Below, piece after piece: positions 18,091 to 29,141 of a stretch of 52,855 bases of DNA. Both the position numbers and the translations under genes were made by a program. Each line of letters starts with the position of its first letter. Position 1 is the first letter of the stretch. The notes under the pieces are model-generated. The model was not told the DNA's origin. It searched no databases and was given only the letters and a program-made list of their open reading frames with translations. This DNA is from Eubacteriales bacterium (GTDB taxonomy: Bacteria; Bacillota; Clostridia; Oscillospirales; CAG-272): the NCBI GenBank assembly GCA_045638805.1, contig JAZUBZ010000045.1, positions 1 to 52,855 of the forward strand, written 5' to 3'.

Positions 18091-19010
18091 TACTCCGCGT
18101 CCTCATTTCCGATAATAGCGCCTACGAACATCTCAGCGTCGAAGGGCTGCATATCATCGATCTGCTCGCCAACACCGATATACTTAACGGGAAGTCCAAC
18201 AGTACGGCGGATGGAGAAAACCGCACCGCCCTTTGCGGTACCGTCAAGCTTTGTAAGAATAAGTCCCGTAATATCGCAGGCATTCTTGAACTCTCTCGCC
18301 TGGATGAGCGCATTCTGACCCGTGGTGGAGTCAAGGACAAGAAGGGTCTCGCGGGATGCACCGGGAAGCTCGCGCTCAAGAACACGTCCGATCTTTGCAA
18401 GCTCGTCCATAAGGTTCTTTTTATTGTGGAGTCTTCCTGCCGTGTCAACGATGAGAACGTCGGCACCTCTGTTCTTTGCCGCGCCAACAGCGTCGTATAC
18501 TACAGCCGCAGGGTCGGAGCCTTCATTCTGACGGATAAGATCTACGCCGGCTCTGTCGCACCATACCGCAAGCTGCTCGATAGCCGCCGCTCTGAAGGTG
18601 TCGGCAGCCGCAACGACTACCTTTTTCCCCTGAGCCTTCAGGTTTGCGGATATCTTACCTATGGAAGTAGTTTTACCGACACCGTTCACTCCGATAACGA
18701 GAATAACGGAAGGATTGGTGTCAAGCTTGAGGGGTTCGCCCTCGCCTACAAGCTCACGAAGGATCTCGCGGAGAGCGCCTCTGACGTCGTCTGCTTCCTT
18801 GATATTTCCGCTCTTTATTCTGTCGCGAAGTTCATCGATGATATATTCGGTTGTATCCGCACCGACGTCGGAGCAGATAAGTATCTCCTCAAGCTCCTCA
18901 AGAAGCTCCTCGTCTACTTTGCGAAAGCTCTTGATAACTGCGTCTACCTGACCGAACACAGCATCCTTCGTCTTTTTAAGACCTGCTTTAAGTTTATCAA
19001 AAAATCCCAT
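18090..19010 (-). CDS. ftsY: Signal recognition particle receptor FtsY
   Basis: GVNGVGKTTSIGK, DTFRAAA, DTAGR, TKLDGTAKGG. Confidence 0.98.
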   Translation of the reverse strand: MGFFDKLKAGLKKTKDAVFGQVDAVIKSFRKVDEELLEELEEILICSDVGADTTEYIIDELRDRIKSGNIKEADDVRGALREILRELVGEGEPLKLDTNPSVILVIGVNGVGKTTSIGKISANLKAQGKKVVVAAADTFRAAAIEQLAVWCDRAGVDLIRQNEGSDPAAVVYDAVGAAKNRGADVLIVDTAGRLHNKKNLMDELAKIGRVLERELPGASRETLLVLDSTTGQNALIQAREFKNACDITGLILTKLDGTAKGGAVFSIRRTVGLPVKYIGVGEQIDDMQPFDAEMFVGAIIGNEDAE

Positions 19011-19031
19011 ATCAGATCACCTTTAATTATG

Positions 19032-22000
19032 TCATTTCAAAAATTCGTTGTTTGCTTCAGCGGCATTTACATCAAGCGTAAACACCTTTGAGATACCGCG
19101 GCGCGGCATCGTTACACCGTAGAGAGTATCTGCGATATCCATAGTTCCTCGTCTGTGCGTGATCATAATGATCTGCATTTCCTTCGAGAAACGGTGAACG
19201 TAATTTGCAACACGGGTTACGTTTACCTCGTCAAGCGCCGCCTCGATCTCGTCGAATATACAGAAGGGGGAGGGACTGTACTTGATAAGTGCAAACATAA
19301 GCGCGATGGCAATAAACGCCTGCTCACCGCCGGACAGAAGGCTGAGGCTCTTGATAGTCTTTCCGGGAGGTGCCGCAGATATCTCGATACCGCTTGTCAG
19401 CACGTCTGAGGGGTCGCTGAGTGTAAGCTCTGCTGTACCGCCGCCGAACAGCTCACGGAATACTTCGCCGAAGTTGTGATTTATCTTATGGAACGCCTCG
19501 GTGAACATAGTACGCATCTCTTCCTCAAGCTCGCGGATAATACCCTCAAGCTCCTTTTTGGATGCTTCAAGGTCATCAAGCTGACACTTAAGGTAATCAT
19601 AACGCTCTTTAGTCTCCGCGTATTCCTCGATAGCCGCTACGTTTACGTGACCGAGCGCTTTGATCTTACTCTTTAGCTCCGAGAGCATCTGGAAGGTACG
19701 TGCGCGGTTTTCCTTTGTGACCACCTCGTATCCCTCTTCGCCCTCAAGCTCCACAGCCGCGCTGTAGGTAAGCTCGTACTCGTCCCAGAGACGTGACGTC
19801 ATCTTGTCTATCTCGGCTCCCGTTCTTTCGAGAGCATTTTCGTTCTTGGTGTGCGCTACAAGCAGTATCTCCTTCTTTGAGGAAAGCTCGCGTTCACGGT
19901 GGCGCTTGGAGTTAAGCTCACTGTCAAGCTCGTCGCCCTTTTGGGAGAGAGTATCACGCTCACTTTCAAGCTTTTCGATCTCACCGTCTGTCTCAACACC
20001 GCTGAGTGTAAGGCTTTTCGACACTTCATCTGCGCCGTCGATCTGCTCCTGAAGTCTCGCAGCTTCGGTGCCGCGTCTGTCTATCTCTTCTGCAAGGGAT
20101 ACACCGCGATCCTTAGCTTCGTTCTGAGAGGAAAGGGTCATTTCCATGTCCTTACGAAGTCCCGCAAGGATTATCTGCGCGTCGGACAGCTCTGTTGTAA
20201 GCTCATCGGCTTCAAAGTCCACCTCTCCTCTTTCAGCGGCGGCGGCACTTCTCGCTTCGGTAAGCGTCTCAACCTTTGTCACAGCATCCGCAATAAACGC
20301 CTCAAGAGTTTCGATATCTCTTTCGGCTCTTTCGCTGTTTCTGTCGCTTCGTCCCGCATCATCCTCAAGCTTCGCGATAAGATCCTGAGTCATTCTCCTG
20401 TTGGCATCTATCTCGTTAAGAGATGTCGTCTCAACTGAAAGAAGTGTTTCCATGAGGCGGCGCTTTTCATCAGCTTCCGTTCTTTTACGGCTGAGAGAAG
20501 CAATACTATTTTCAGTTTCGGAAAGCTTTGCGGCAAGTACCTTACTTGCATCGATCTTCGCCTCACGCTCTGCCTTCATTGAGTCGATCTGTGCACCTCT
20601 CGTCAGCATACCGCTGTCGCGCTTTGCAGAGCCTCCCGTAAAGGAACCTCCTGCATTGATCTGCTGACCGTCGAGAGTAACTGCACGTACTTTCCAGCCA
20701 CGAGCTCTCGCCATATCGGATGCGTTATCGATATTGTCAAATACGCAGATGCGTCCCACAACGCTTCTGACGATCTCGCGGTAGCGCTCGTCGCACTCAA
20801 CAAGCTCGTCGGCAAAGCCGATAAAGCCGCGGCATGTTGCGGCGCTTTCCATCTCGGCGCTTCTGCGCTGAGACTTTACAGTTGTTATGGGGTAGAATGT
20901 AGCCCGTCCCGCACCGCTTCTCTTAAGAGATGCGATAGCAGCCTTTGCAGACACTTCGTCTGCTGTGACAATATTCTGCAAAGCCTGTCCCATAGACGTT
21001 TCCATGGCAACTGTATAACGGGAATCTACTCTGATAAGATGGGAAAGGGGTCCCATGATACCGGAAAGTCTTCCCGCAGACGCCTCGTTCATAACGTACT
21101 TGACACTGTTATTGTAACCGTCAAAGTGTTCCATCATCCGCTCCATGGCGGTGACACGGCTGGTAAGTGAATCTATCTGCGCCTTTATCTCTGACAACTC
21201 CGCACGTGCGCGCTCTCTATCGTTTACGGCTTTAGACAGAGCCGCATCAGCCTCGGCAAAGCGCGCCCCTTCGTCTTCGGAACCCGACTTATATCCATCA
21301 ACTACCTTTGCCTGTGCCTCGTAGGACTTATCCAGCTTTTCAAGCTCTGTGCGGTAGCCTGCGATCTCTCCGTCGATACCGCGGCGTCTTTCCGCGCCCT
21401 CAGTAATACTGTTTTTCAGCACGTTCAGACGTACTCTCAGGTCTCCAAGCTCGCTTTCAGCTTTTTGTCTTTCGCGGAACAGTCTTTCGATCTTCGCATC
21501 AAGCTCGACCTTTTTCGCAAGTTTTGCGTTTCTCTCTTCTGTAAGAGCGGTGCATTTACCCTCCGCCTCAGCGATTGCAGCTGTAAGCTCAATTTCCTTT
21601 GCTTCAAGTTCGGAAAGTTTTTCTGTATTTGCCTTGAGCGCCGCTTCAGCTTCAAGGCGAAGTCTCGTTTCCTCAGCAAAAGAACGCTTTGCGTGTTCGG
21701 TATTATTTATAAGAAGCTTAGCATCGTTTTCGATCTTAGCTCTTTCCGCTCTCACGCGATTTATCTCATCATGGATGCGTCCGAGCTTTTCTTTATTGAC
21801 TCTTGAAGCTTCATACAGTCTTTCGATCTGGTCACCAAGCTGTGTCATGGTGTCGTCTATCATCTCAAGCTCGTGAGCAGACATCTTCGTCTCAGCTTCA
21901 AGCTTTTCAAGCTCCTCACGGCGACGGTCCATGTCGTATCTCCACAGAGAAACGTCAAGGCGTTTTTTATCGTCGTAAAGTTCGAGATAACGTCTCGCCT

Positions 22001-22637
22001 TGTCGGCGTCACGGCTGAGCGGCCCTATGCGGTGCTCAAGCTCGGTGGCAATATCTCCGACTCTCGCCATATTGCTCTCGGTCTCTGCAAGCTTCTTCTG
22101 GGATTCGTTCTTTCTGTAGCGGTATTTTGTAATACCCGCCGCCTCCTCAAAGATGCTTCGTCTGTCCTCGCTCTTCTTAGAGATTATCTCGGCTATTCGT
22201 CCCTGTCCGATAATGGAATAGCCCTCCTTGCCCACACCGGTATTCATGAATATCTCATAAATATCCTTGAGTCTGCAAGGCTTTCTGTTTATAAAATATG
22301 CGCTGTCTCCCGCACGGTAATATCTTCTCGTTACGGTTATCTCATCGTATTCCGACTGAATGGTCTTTGCTTCCCCGCTGTTGTCGAAGGTGATAGATAC
22401 CTCGGCAAAGCCCATGGGACGGACTCCGTCAGCACCTGAGAAAATAACGTCCTCCATTTTCGAACCACGGAGAGTTTTCGATGAAAGCTCGCCGAGAACC
22501 CAACGCATAGCATCGGTAATGTTGGACTTTCCGCTTCCGTTGGGACCTACGATGATGGTCGTACCGTGGTCGAATTTCAGTACCGTTTTATCGGGAAAGG
22601 ATTTAAATCCGTGCAGTTCAAGTGATTTCAGATACAA
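19032..22637 (-). CDS. smc: Chromosome segregation protein SMC
   Basis: GFKSF, GPNGSGKSN, hinge domain, LSGGE, FDEIEAALD. Confidence 0.98.
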   Translation of the reverse strand: MYLKSLELHGFKSFPDKTVLKFDHGTTIIVGPNGSGKSNITDAMRWVLGELSSKTLRGSKMEDVIFSGADGVRPMGFAEVSITFDNSGEAKTIQSEYDEITVTRRYYRAGDSAYFINRKPCRLKDIYEIFMNTGVGKEGYSIIGQGRIAEIISKKSEDRRSIFEEAAGITKYRYRKNESQKKLAETESNMARVGDIATELEHRIGPLSRDADKARRYLELYDDKKRLDVSLWRYDMDRRREELEKLEAETKMSAHELEMIDDTMTQLGDQIERLYEASRVNKEKLGRIHDEINRVRAERAKIENDAKLLINNTEHAKRSFAEETRLRLEAEAALKANTEKLSELEAKEIELTAAIAEAEGKCTALTEERNAKLAKKVELDAKIERLFRERQKAESELGDLRVRLNVLKNSITEGAERRRGIDGEIAGYRTELEKLDKSYEAQAKVVDGYKSGSEDEGARFAEADAALSKAVNDRERARAELSEIKAQIDSLTSRVTAMERMMEHFDGYNNSVKYVMNEASAGRLSGIMGPLSHLIRVDSRYTVAMETSMGQALQNIVTADEVSAKAAIASLKRSGAGRATFYPITTVKSQRRSAEMESAATCRGFIGFADELVECDERYREIVRSVVGRICVFDNIDNASDMARARGWKVRAVTLDGQQINAGGSFTGGSAKRDSGMLTRGAQIDSMKAEREAKIDASKVLAAKLSETENSIASLSRKRTEADEKRRLMETLLSVETTSLNEIDANRRMTQDLIAKLEDDAGRSDRNSERAERDIETLEAFIADAVTKVETLTEARSAAAAERGEVDFEADELTTELSDAQIILAGLRKDMEMTLSSQNEAKDRGVSLAEEIDRRGTEAARLQEQIDGADEVSKSLTLSGVETDGEIEKLESERDTLSQKGDELDSELNSKRHRERELSSKKEILLVAHTKNENALERTGAEIDKMTSRLWDEYELTYSAAVELEGEEGYEVVTKENRARTFQMLSELKSKIKALGHVNVAAIEEYAETKERYDYLKCQLDDLEASKKELEGIIRELEEEMRTMFTEAFHKINHNFGEVFRELFGGGTAELTLSDPSDVLTSGIEISAAPPGKTIKSLSLLSGGEQAFIAIALMFALIKYSPSPFCIFDEIEAALDEVNVTRVANYVHRFSKEMQIIMITHRRGTMDIADTLYGVTMPRRGISKVFTLDVNAAEANNEFLK

Positions 22638-22652
22638 AAGTTCTGCCTCCTT

Positions 22653-23681
22653 TTATTTACTGCCGTATATTCTTTCCGCTGTGACGTCGTAGCCACAAAG
22701 GCTACAGGTCTGCGTAAATTTCAGTTTTTTTATGCCAAATTTGTTTTTCAAATATTCTCTGTTCGCTCCGTGAGCGCCTACTGCCATGGACACCGCACCT
22801 ACAGGCACCTTCACGTGGACGTATTCTCTGTCGGGAAGGTTTTCTATAGCCGATTCCATACGGCGTCTCATAAGCTCGCTTCGTACAAGCTCGCCGAGCG
22901 AGGGATGTACAGGTCCTGCGTAATACTTCTCATTGTCGTGGAGATTCTCACTGTCCTGAAGACCTATGCGAAGGCATTTTACCCCATGGGTCACAAACAC
23001 CTCCAGCACGTCCGCACTTCTCTTAACCGCGTCTTCGACGGTAAGGGGAGCATATTCTCCACGCTCAGCCATCACGGCAAGGCAAGTGTTTTTGAACACT
23101 ACCGTGGGATATATTCTGCATCCCACCGCACCGAGCTCACATATACGCTGTGCCGTATACACCTCGTCATGCACTGTTGACCCCGGAAGCCCAGTCATCA
23201 TCTGTCCGACAAAGGGGATACCTGCAGACTTCAGCAGAGCACAGGCTCTCTCTGTGTCCTCTGCGGTATGCCCGCGTCTGGACGCTGATAGTACCTTGTC
23301 CGACATACTCTGTATGCCAAGCTCCACTTCGGATAGCGTGTATCTTCCGATAATGCTTATTATCTCCTCTGAGATGTAATCGGGTCTCGTTGACATTCTG
23401 ATACCCGAGACATCACCCGTTTTCACGTACCCCTCAGCTAAGTCAAGAAGGCTTATCATAAGACCTCTGTCTATGCCCGTAAAGGAGCCTCCGAAAAAGG
23501 CGATCTCTGCGCGCCGTCCCGTACCCTTGATAGTAGCAAGGGCACCTTCAACGATCCCTCTCACATCAAGGGGGGAAAATTCGGTTACACCTGATATAGT
23601 CCGCTGATCGCAGAAAACGCAATCGTTGGGACAACCGAGATGTGGGATAAACACGGGAATATTTGCGTGAGACTTCTTCAA
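22653..23681 (-). CDS. Radical SAM protein (Elp3/YhcC-like)
   Basis: CPNDCVFC motif, FFGGSFT, STRPD; conserved rnc-radical SAM-smc order of Clostridia. Confidence 0.9.
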   Translation of the reverse strand: MKKSHANIPVFIPHLGCPNDCVFCDQRTISGVTEFSPLDVRGIVEGALATIKGTGRRAEIAFFGGSFTGIDRGLMISLLDLAEGYVKTGDVSGIRMSTRPDYISEEIISIIGRYTLSEVELGIQSMSDKVLSASRRGHTAEDTERACALLKSAGIPFVGQMMTGLPGSTVHDEVYTAQRICELGAVGCRIYPTVVFKNTCLAVMAERGEYAPLTVEDAVKRSADVLEVFVTHGVKCLRIGLQDSENLHDNEKYYAGPVHPSLGELVRSELMRRRMESAIENLPDREYVHVKVPVGAVSMAVGAHGANREYLKNKFGIKKLKFTQTCSLCGYDVTAERIYGSK

Positions 23682-24397
23682 TTTTTTTCACCGAAAAGGG
23701 AGAGCGCCTCGTGAGCGGCTCTCTGCTCAGCCTCTCGCTTGGAGTGGGCCTTTCCGCGGCCTATAACATTGCTGTTAAGTCTCGCTTCTACCTCAAAAAT
23801 CTTGTTGTGGTCGGGACCGCATTCTCCAACAAGCACGTACTCAAGCTTTTCGCCCTCCACCTGCTGTACAATCTGCTGAAGCGCTGTTTTATAATCAACG
23901 AACACACCTGCAGTTCCGATACATTCTATTTCTGCGATAATATGGGGGAGAAGAAATTTTTCAACTGTCTCGGTGTCTCTTCCCGAGTCTATATAAATTG
24001 CCGCAAGCAGAGCTTCAAAGGCATCAGCCAAAATGGACGCGCGATCTCTGCCACCGTTCAACTCTTCACCGTGTCCGAGGAAAATAAAGCTTCCAAGACC
24101 GATACTGCGGGCAAACTTGGAAAGTGCCTTTTCGCACACCACCGCAGCGCGGATCTTGGTCATGTCTCCCTCCTGTCTGTCTCTCATGCTTTCAAACAGG
24201 TATCTGCTTGTTACAATAGACAATACGGAGTCACCGAGGAACTCAAGTCTTTCGTTACAGTTTATGTTTTTACCCTTGGATCGGCATTCGTTTGAATATG
24301 ACGAATGGGTAAGCGCTTCGATGAGTACAGCGGTATCTTTGAATTTGTATCCTATAGTTTTTTCAAGAGCATCTATAGGTAATTTTTTCGTATTCAT
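23678..24397 (-). CDS. rnc: Ribonuclease III
   Basis: ALTHSS, NERLEFLGDSVL, ADAFEA, dsRBD DYKTALQ...SKREAEQ. Confidence 0.97.
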   Translation of the reverse strand: MNTKKLPIDALEKTIGYKFKDTAVLIEALTHSSYSNECRSKGKNINCNERLEFLGDSVLSIVTSRYLFESMRDRQEGDMTKIRAAVVCEKALSKFARSIGLGSFIFLGHGEELNGGRDRASILADAFEALLAAIYIDSGRDTETVEKFLLPHIIAEIECIGTAGVFVDYKTALQQIVQQVEGEKLEYVLVGECGPDHNKIFEVEARLNSNVIGRGKAHSKREAEQRAAHEALSLFGEKN

Positions 24398-24438
24398 TTT
24401 ATTTAAACCTTTATTGTTAACTGATTGTATGTAACCTA

Positions 24439-25431
24439 TCAACCTTTTCTCTTTGCGAGAGCTGCTTCGATCTCAGCGATAGCTCCGCTTGACGCAAATC
24501 TTTCTGCCTGAAGAATAGCGTTTTTGAACGCCTTCGCATCAGAGTTTCCGTGAGCCTTGATTACGGGCTTTGAAATTCCGAGAATAGGTGCACCACCGTA
24601 TTCTGCAGAGTCGTACTTCTTTCTGAAGCCCATGATTTGTTTTTTCATAACGAGGAAACAGAGCTTTGTAAATATGTTCGCCGTAAAGAGAGATTTTAAG
24701 CTCTTAAGCATAAACTTTGACATACCCTCGGTAAGCTTGAGGGCAATGTTTCCCGTAAAGCCGTCGGTAACGAGAACGTCACAGCGACAGTAAGGGATCT
24801 CCTTGGATTCAACGTTTCCGATAAAGTCAATGTCCTCACATTCGGAGAGAAGCTTGTATGTCTCAATCTGCAGGGGAGTACCCTTACATTCCTCTGTACC
24901 GTTGTTGAGAAGGCCTACCTGAGGCTTTGCAACACCCATAACCCCCTTCATATAGACAGCACCGGTATACGCCCACTGAACAAGATTTTCGGGAGCAACG
25001 CTGATGTTGGCACCGCTGTCTACAAGGAGAACGGGACGGTCAAAGGGGAGAAGCGCCGCGATCGCCGCACGGCGTACACCCTTCATATTGCGCACTTTGA
25101 GTGTAGCTCCGGTATGGAGAGCACCCGTACTTCCTGCGGAAACGAATGCATCCGCACCTTCTTTCAGCATCTTAAGTCCTACCGCCATTGAGGACTCTGT
25201 CTTCCCCTTTACAACGAGCATGGGGTCATCGTCCATTTCGATAGTTTCTTCTGCATGAACGATACTGATCTTACTTTCATCATATTTACATTCAGCAAGT
25301 ATCTCGCGGACCTTTTCTTCTCGTCCCACGAGCACAAGCTCGCTATTTACCTCAAAGGACGCCTGACATGCACCGCGTACGATTTCGACGGGAGCATTGT
25401 CACCACCCATAGCATCTATAATAATTTTCAT
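24439..25431 (-). CDS. plsX: Phosphate acyltransferase PlsX
   Basis: IDAMGGDNAP, SAGSTGA, DGFTGNIALK, KAHGNS. Confidence 0.97.
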   Translation of the reverse strand: MKIIIDAMGGDNAPVEIVRGACQASFEVNSELVLVGREEKVREILAECKYDESKISIVHAEETIEMDDDPMLVVKGKTESSMAVGLKMLKEGADAFVSAGSTGALHTGATLKVRNMKGVRRAAIAALLPFDRPVLLVDSGANISVAPENLVQWAYTGAVYMKGVMGVAKPQVGLLNNGTEECKGTPLQIETYKLLSECEDIDFIGNVESKEIPYCRCDVLVTDGFTGNIALKLTEGMSKFMLKSLKSLFTANIFTKLCFLVMKKQIMGFRKKYDSAEYGGAPILGISKPVIKAHGNSDAKAFKNAILQAERFASSGAIAEIEAALAKRKG

Positions 25432-25469
25432 AGGACAGTTTTCCTTTCTTCAAGTAGGGTCTTTCCTCA

Positions 25470-26813
25470 TTATTCCGCGGTGCCGCGGAGTGTGCGGATA
25501 CGCTCTGCCATCTCGTCACACACTTCAAGGGCACGACGGGAATATGCCTCATATCTCGCTTTTTTACCGCCTCTAACCTTCTCTTCAAGGCGCGGCACGA
25601 TGCCGAAGTTTGCGTTCATAGGCTGGAAGGGACCCGTACCTCCTTTGGAGACGTAGTCTGCCATGGCGCCCATCATAGTCTTATCGGAGAAATCAAAGCT
25701 TTCAGCTCCCATAAACTTGAGAGCCGCGCTGACACCTGCCACAAAGCCCGATGCCGCAGATTCGATATAGCCCTCAACACCCGTCATCTGTCCCGCAAAG
25801 TGGATGTTTTCCATACCTCGGAGGGAGTAATCGGAGTTAAGTCTTTCGGGGGAGTTGATGAACGTGTTTCTGTGCATCACTCCGTAGCGGAGGAATTCCG
25901 CATTTTCAAGACCGGGTATCATACCGAACACACGCTTTTGTTCGGGAAACTTCAGATGTGTCTGGAATCCGACAAGGTTGAACATTTCCCCCTCTTCGTT
26001 CTCGCGTCTCAGCTGTACCACGGCGTAGTAGGTCTCGCCCGTTTCGGGATGAGTGATACCTACGGGCTTCATGGGACCGAAGCGGAGGGTATCCTCGCCG
26101 CGCTTTGCCATGACCTCAACGGGCATACATCCCTCAAACACCTTTATCTTGAGTCCCGCGTCAGCCGCGTGTAGAGGAGCCTCTTCTGCGGTGATAAGAG
26201 CTTCGTAGAACGCCTTATACTCTTCCTCTGTCATGGGGCAGTTGATGTAATCAGCGCTTCCCTTACCGTAACGGGAAGCGAAGAACGCCTTCGACATATC
26301 GATAGAATCGAATGACACGATGGGAGCCGCCGCATCGAAGAAGTAAAGGCTGTCACCACCGATGAGAGAGGAGATATCCTCTGCAAGAGCATCAGAGGTA
26401 AGGGGGCCTGTTGCAACGACACATACCGCATCGCGGGGGATGCTTGTCACCTCGCCATATTCGACCTGAATGTTCGGGTGGTTTATTATTCTGTCCGTCA
26501 CGTAACGCGAGAACAGCTCGCGGTCTACCGCAAGGGCACCGCCTGCGGAAACTCTCGTGGCGTCACACGCCTCGATTATCACCGAGTTCATGCGGCGCAT
26601 CTCTTCCTTGAGAAGTCCTGACGCATTGGTTACGTCAGCACTTCTCAGTGAGTTAGAGCACACAAGCTCCGCCATTGTATCTGCATGGTGGGCGGGGGAT
26701 TTTTTATGAGGCTTCATTTCAAAAAGTGTTACGGGAACGCCAAGCTCTGCCGCCTGAAACGCCGCTTCACAACCTGCAAGTCCGCCGCCTATAACGTATA
26801 ATCTATCTGCCAT
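25470..26813 (-). CDS. trmFO: Folate/FAD-dependent tRNA (uracil-5)-methyltransferase
   Basis: VIGGGLAGCEAA, ELVCSNSL, FAGQMTGVEGY, FQPMNANFG; alternative GTG start at 26831. Confidence 0.97.
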   Translation of the reverse strand: MADRLYVIGGGLAGCEAAFQAAELGVPVTLFEMKPHKKSPAHHADTMAELVCSNSLRSADVTNASGLLKEEMRRMNSVIIEACDATRVSAGGALAVDRELFSRYVTDRIINHPNIQVEYGEVTSIPRDAVCVVATGPLTSDALAEDISSLIGGDSLYFFDAAAPIVSFDSIDMSKAFFASRYGKGSADYINCPMTEEEYKAFYEALITAEEAPLHAADAGLKIKVFEGCMPVEVMAKRGEDTLRFGPMKPVGITHPETGETYYAVVQLRRENEEGEMFNLVGFQTHLKFPEQKRVFGMIPGLENAEFLRYGVMHRNTFINSPERLNSDYSLRGMENIHFAGQMTGVEGYIESAASGFVAGVSAALKFMGAESFDFSDKTMMGAMADYVSKGGTGPFQPMNANFGIVPRLEEKVRGGKKARYEAYSRRALEVCDEMAERIRTLRGTAE

Positions 26814-26827
26814 TTCGTCACCGTTTT

Positions 26828-29086
26828 TCACGCCTGCTCATCCGCAGGAGCTTCTGTCTTATAACCACACTTCTCACGTCTGCAAACAAGAACATTCTTA
26901 CCCTTCTTGCTCATGAGCATGTCACCGCAAACGGGACATTTTTTATCAGTGGGCATATCCCATGATGAGAACTTACAGTCGGGGTATTTTTCACAGCTGT
27001 AGAACTGAGACTTATTCTTACCGTACTTTATAACGATCTCACCGCCGCAATCAGGGCACTTTACTCCAAGGCTTTTTGCTATCTGCTTTGTAAACTTACA
27101 TTTGGGATAGGAAGAGCAAGCGTAGAAGCTGCCGTATCTGCCGTTTCTGAGAACTACGTCGGAGCCGCAAAGCTCACACTTCATACCCTCTACCTTAACG
27201 TCGGAAGTTTCAGTCTTTTCCTTGCCGTCCTTGGTAATGGGCTTAGTATTCTTACATTCGGGGTAGTTGGGACAAGCGGCAAATCTGCCGAAGCGTCCCT
27301 CCTTGATGATCATTTTAGCACCGCACTTGTCGCAGATGATGTCAGTCTCCTCAACGGGAAGCTCAATGTCATCCTTGGACACGGATTCAAGTGCTGTGGA
27401 GAGCTCCTTTTCAAAGCCTGTGTAGAACTGTGCAAGCACGTCGTTCATCTGAACGTCGCCTTCCTCGATGCTGTCAAGGCGGTCCTCCATCATGGCTGTA
27501 AAGCGATAGTCAACGATATCGGGGAATCTCTCGCACATAAGCTTTGTGATGACCTCACCGAGAGAGGTAGGATGAAGGGTCTTACCCTGTCTCTTTACGT
27601 ATCCGCGGGATACGATAAGAGTGATGATGGATGTGTACGTACTTGGACGGCCGATCCCCTTTTCCTCAAGGAATTTGATGAGAGATGCCTCCGTATATCT
27701 TGCGGGGGGCTCGGTAAAATGCTGTTCGGGTTCTACCTTCTCCACGCCAAGCTTTTCTCCCTCTTCTATCTGAGGTAAACGGGTGGACTTTTCTTTTGTA
27801 CCGTCGTCAGTAGACTCCTCGTATACAGCCATAAATCCGGGGAACTTAACGGTATATCCGCTTGAACGGAAGAGATACTTTCCGCAGGTGATATCCACCT
27901 GAACTGTAGAAAGCTCTGCAGACTCCATCTGGCTCGACACAAATCTGTCCCAGATAAGCTTGTAAAGTCTGTACTGATCGGATGAAAGCTTAGCCTTTAT
28001 CATCTTAGGCTCAATATTAACGTGGGTGGGACGGATAGCCTCGTGAGCGTCCTGCGCGTTTGACTTTGTCTTGTAAACGCGGGGAGTTTCGGGATAATAC
28101 TTATCTCCGAAGGAGGACGTGATATAATCCTTAGCTGCACCTCTCGCCTCGTCTGCGATTCTGAGAGAGTCCGTTCTCATGTAGGTAATAAGACCCTGTA
28201 CTCCACCGAATTCGTGACCCAGATTGATACCTTCGTAAAGCTCCTGTGCCACCTTCATGGTACGCTGAGACTGGAAGTTAAGCTTTCTTGAAGCCTCTTG
28301 CTGAAGAGTGGAGGTAATAAACGGAGGCGCGGGATGTCTGAACTTCTTACCCTTTTTAACGTCACGAACGTTGAAGGGATTTTCCGCAGTCTCATTCACT
28401 ACCGCCATGGCATCTCGCTCACACTTAAGTTCCATCTTTGAGCTGTCTGCGGCAAGACCGTAAAATCCTGCTTTGAAGCTCTTGTCCTCTTCGGTCACAA
28501 GATAAGCATCTACCGTCCAATACTCAGTAGGAACGAAAGCACGGATCTCATTTTCTCTTTCAACGATTATTCTCGTTGCAACAGACTGAACGCGTCCTGC
28601 GGAAAGTCCGCTTCTCACCGTCTTCCAAAGGAAGGGGGACAGCTTATATCCAACGATTCTGTCGAGGATTCTTCTTGCCTGCTGAGAGTTTACGAGATTC
28701 ATGTCGATTTCGCGGGGATGCTTGACAGCTTCCTTGACCGCAGTCTTGGTAAGCTCGTTGAAGGTGATTCTGTTTACCTTCTTCGCATCAATACCGAGGG
28801 CGTTCACGAGATGCCAGGAGATAGCCTCGCCCTCGCGGTCAGGGTCCGTTGCCAGGAATACTTTATCAGCCGCCTTGGCTTCCTTCTTAAGTTCGCGGAT
28901 AAGGTCTCCCTTTCCGCGGATATTTATATAGTGTGCTTCAAAATTGTTGTCGATGTCGATTCCCAGGCTTGATTTGGGCAGGTCTCTTACGTGACCCTTT
29001 GATGCCACGACCTTATACCCGCTTCCAAGATAGCCCTTGATAGCGGGAGCTTTGGTAGGGGACTCGACAATTACAAGCTTCTGCAT
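26828..29086 (-). CDS. topA: DNA topoisomerase I
   Basis: IVESPTKA, DPDREGE, SAGRVQS, ITYMRTDS, C-terminal zinc ribbons. Confidence 0.98.
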   Translation of the reverse strand: MQKLVIVESPTKAPAIKGYLGSGYKVVASKGHVRDLPKSSLGIDIDNNFEAHYINIRGKGDLIRELKKEAKAADKVFLATDPDREGEAISWHLVNALGIDAKKVNRITFNELTKTAVKEAVKHPREIDMNLVNSQQARRILDRIVGYKLSPFLWKTVRSGLSAGRVQSVATRIIVERENEIRAFVPTEYWTVDAYLVTEEDKSFKAGFYGLAADSSKMELKCERDAMAVVNETAENPFNVRDVKKGKKFRHPAPPFITSTLQQEASRKLNFQSQRTMKVAQELYEGINLGHEFGGVQGLITYMRTDSLRIADEARGAAKDYITSSFGDKYYPETPRVYKTKSNAQDAHEAIRPTHVNIEPKMIKAKLSSDQYRLYKLIWDRFVSSQMESAELSTVQVDITCGKYLFRSSGYTVKFPGFMAVYEESTDDGTKEKSTRLPQIEEGEKLGVEKVEPEQHFTEPPARYTEASLIKFLEEKGIGRPSTYTSIITLIVSRGYVKRQGKTLHPTSLGEVITKLMCERFPDIVDYRFTAMMEDRLDSIEEGDVQMNDVLAQFYTGFEKELSTALESVSKDDIELPVEETDIICDKCGAKMIIKEGRFGRFAACPNYPECKNTKPITKDGKEKTETSDVKVEGMKCELCGSDVVLRNGRYGSFYACSSYPKCKFTKQIAKSLGVKCPDCGGEIVIKYGKNKSQFYSCEKYPDCKFSSWDMPTDKKCPVCGDMLMSKKGKNVLVCRREKCGYKTEAPADEQA

Positions 29087-29141
29087 GTCATTATACCTTT
29101 CATCTATGAATTAAACTGTTAACAGTCGTTTGTCTATATTA

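Noticed and set aside
18057-19091. 344-aa plus-strand ORF (and similar long antisense ORFs over hslO, leuS, smc, esterases and cinA)
   Set aside because: Shadow frames antisense to well-conserved genes, with no recognisable motifs.
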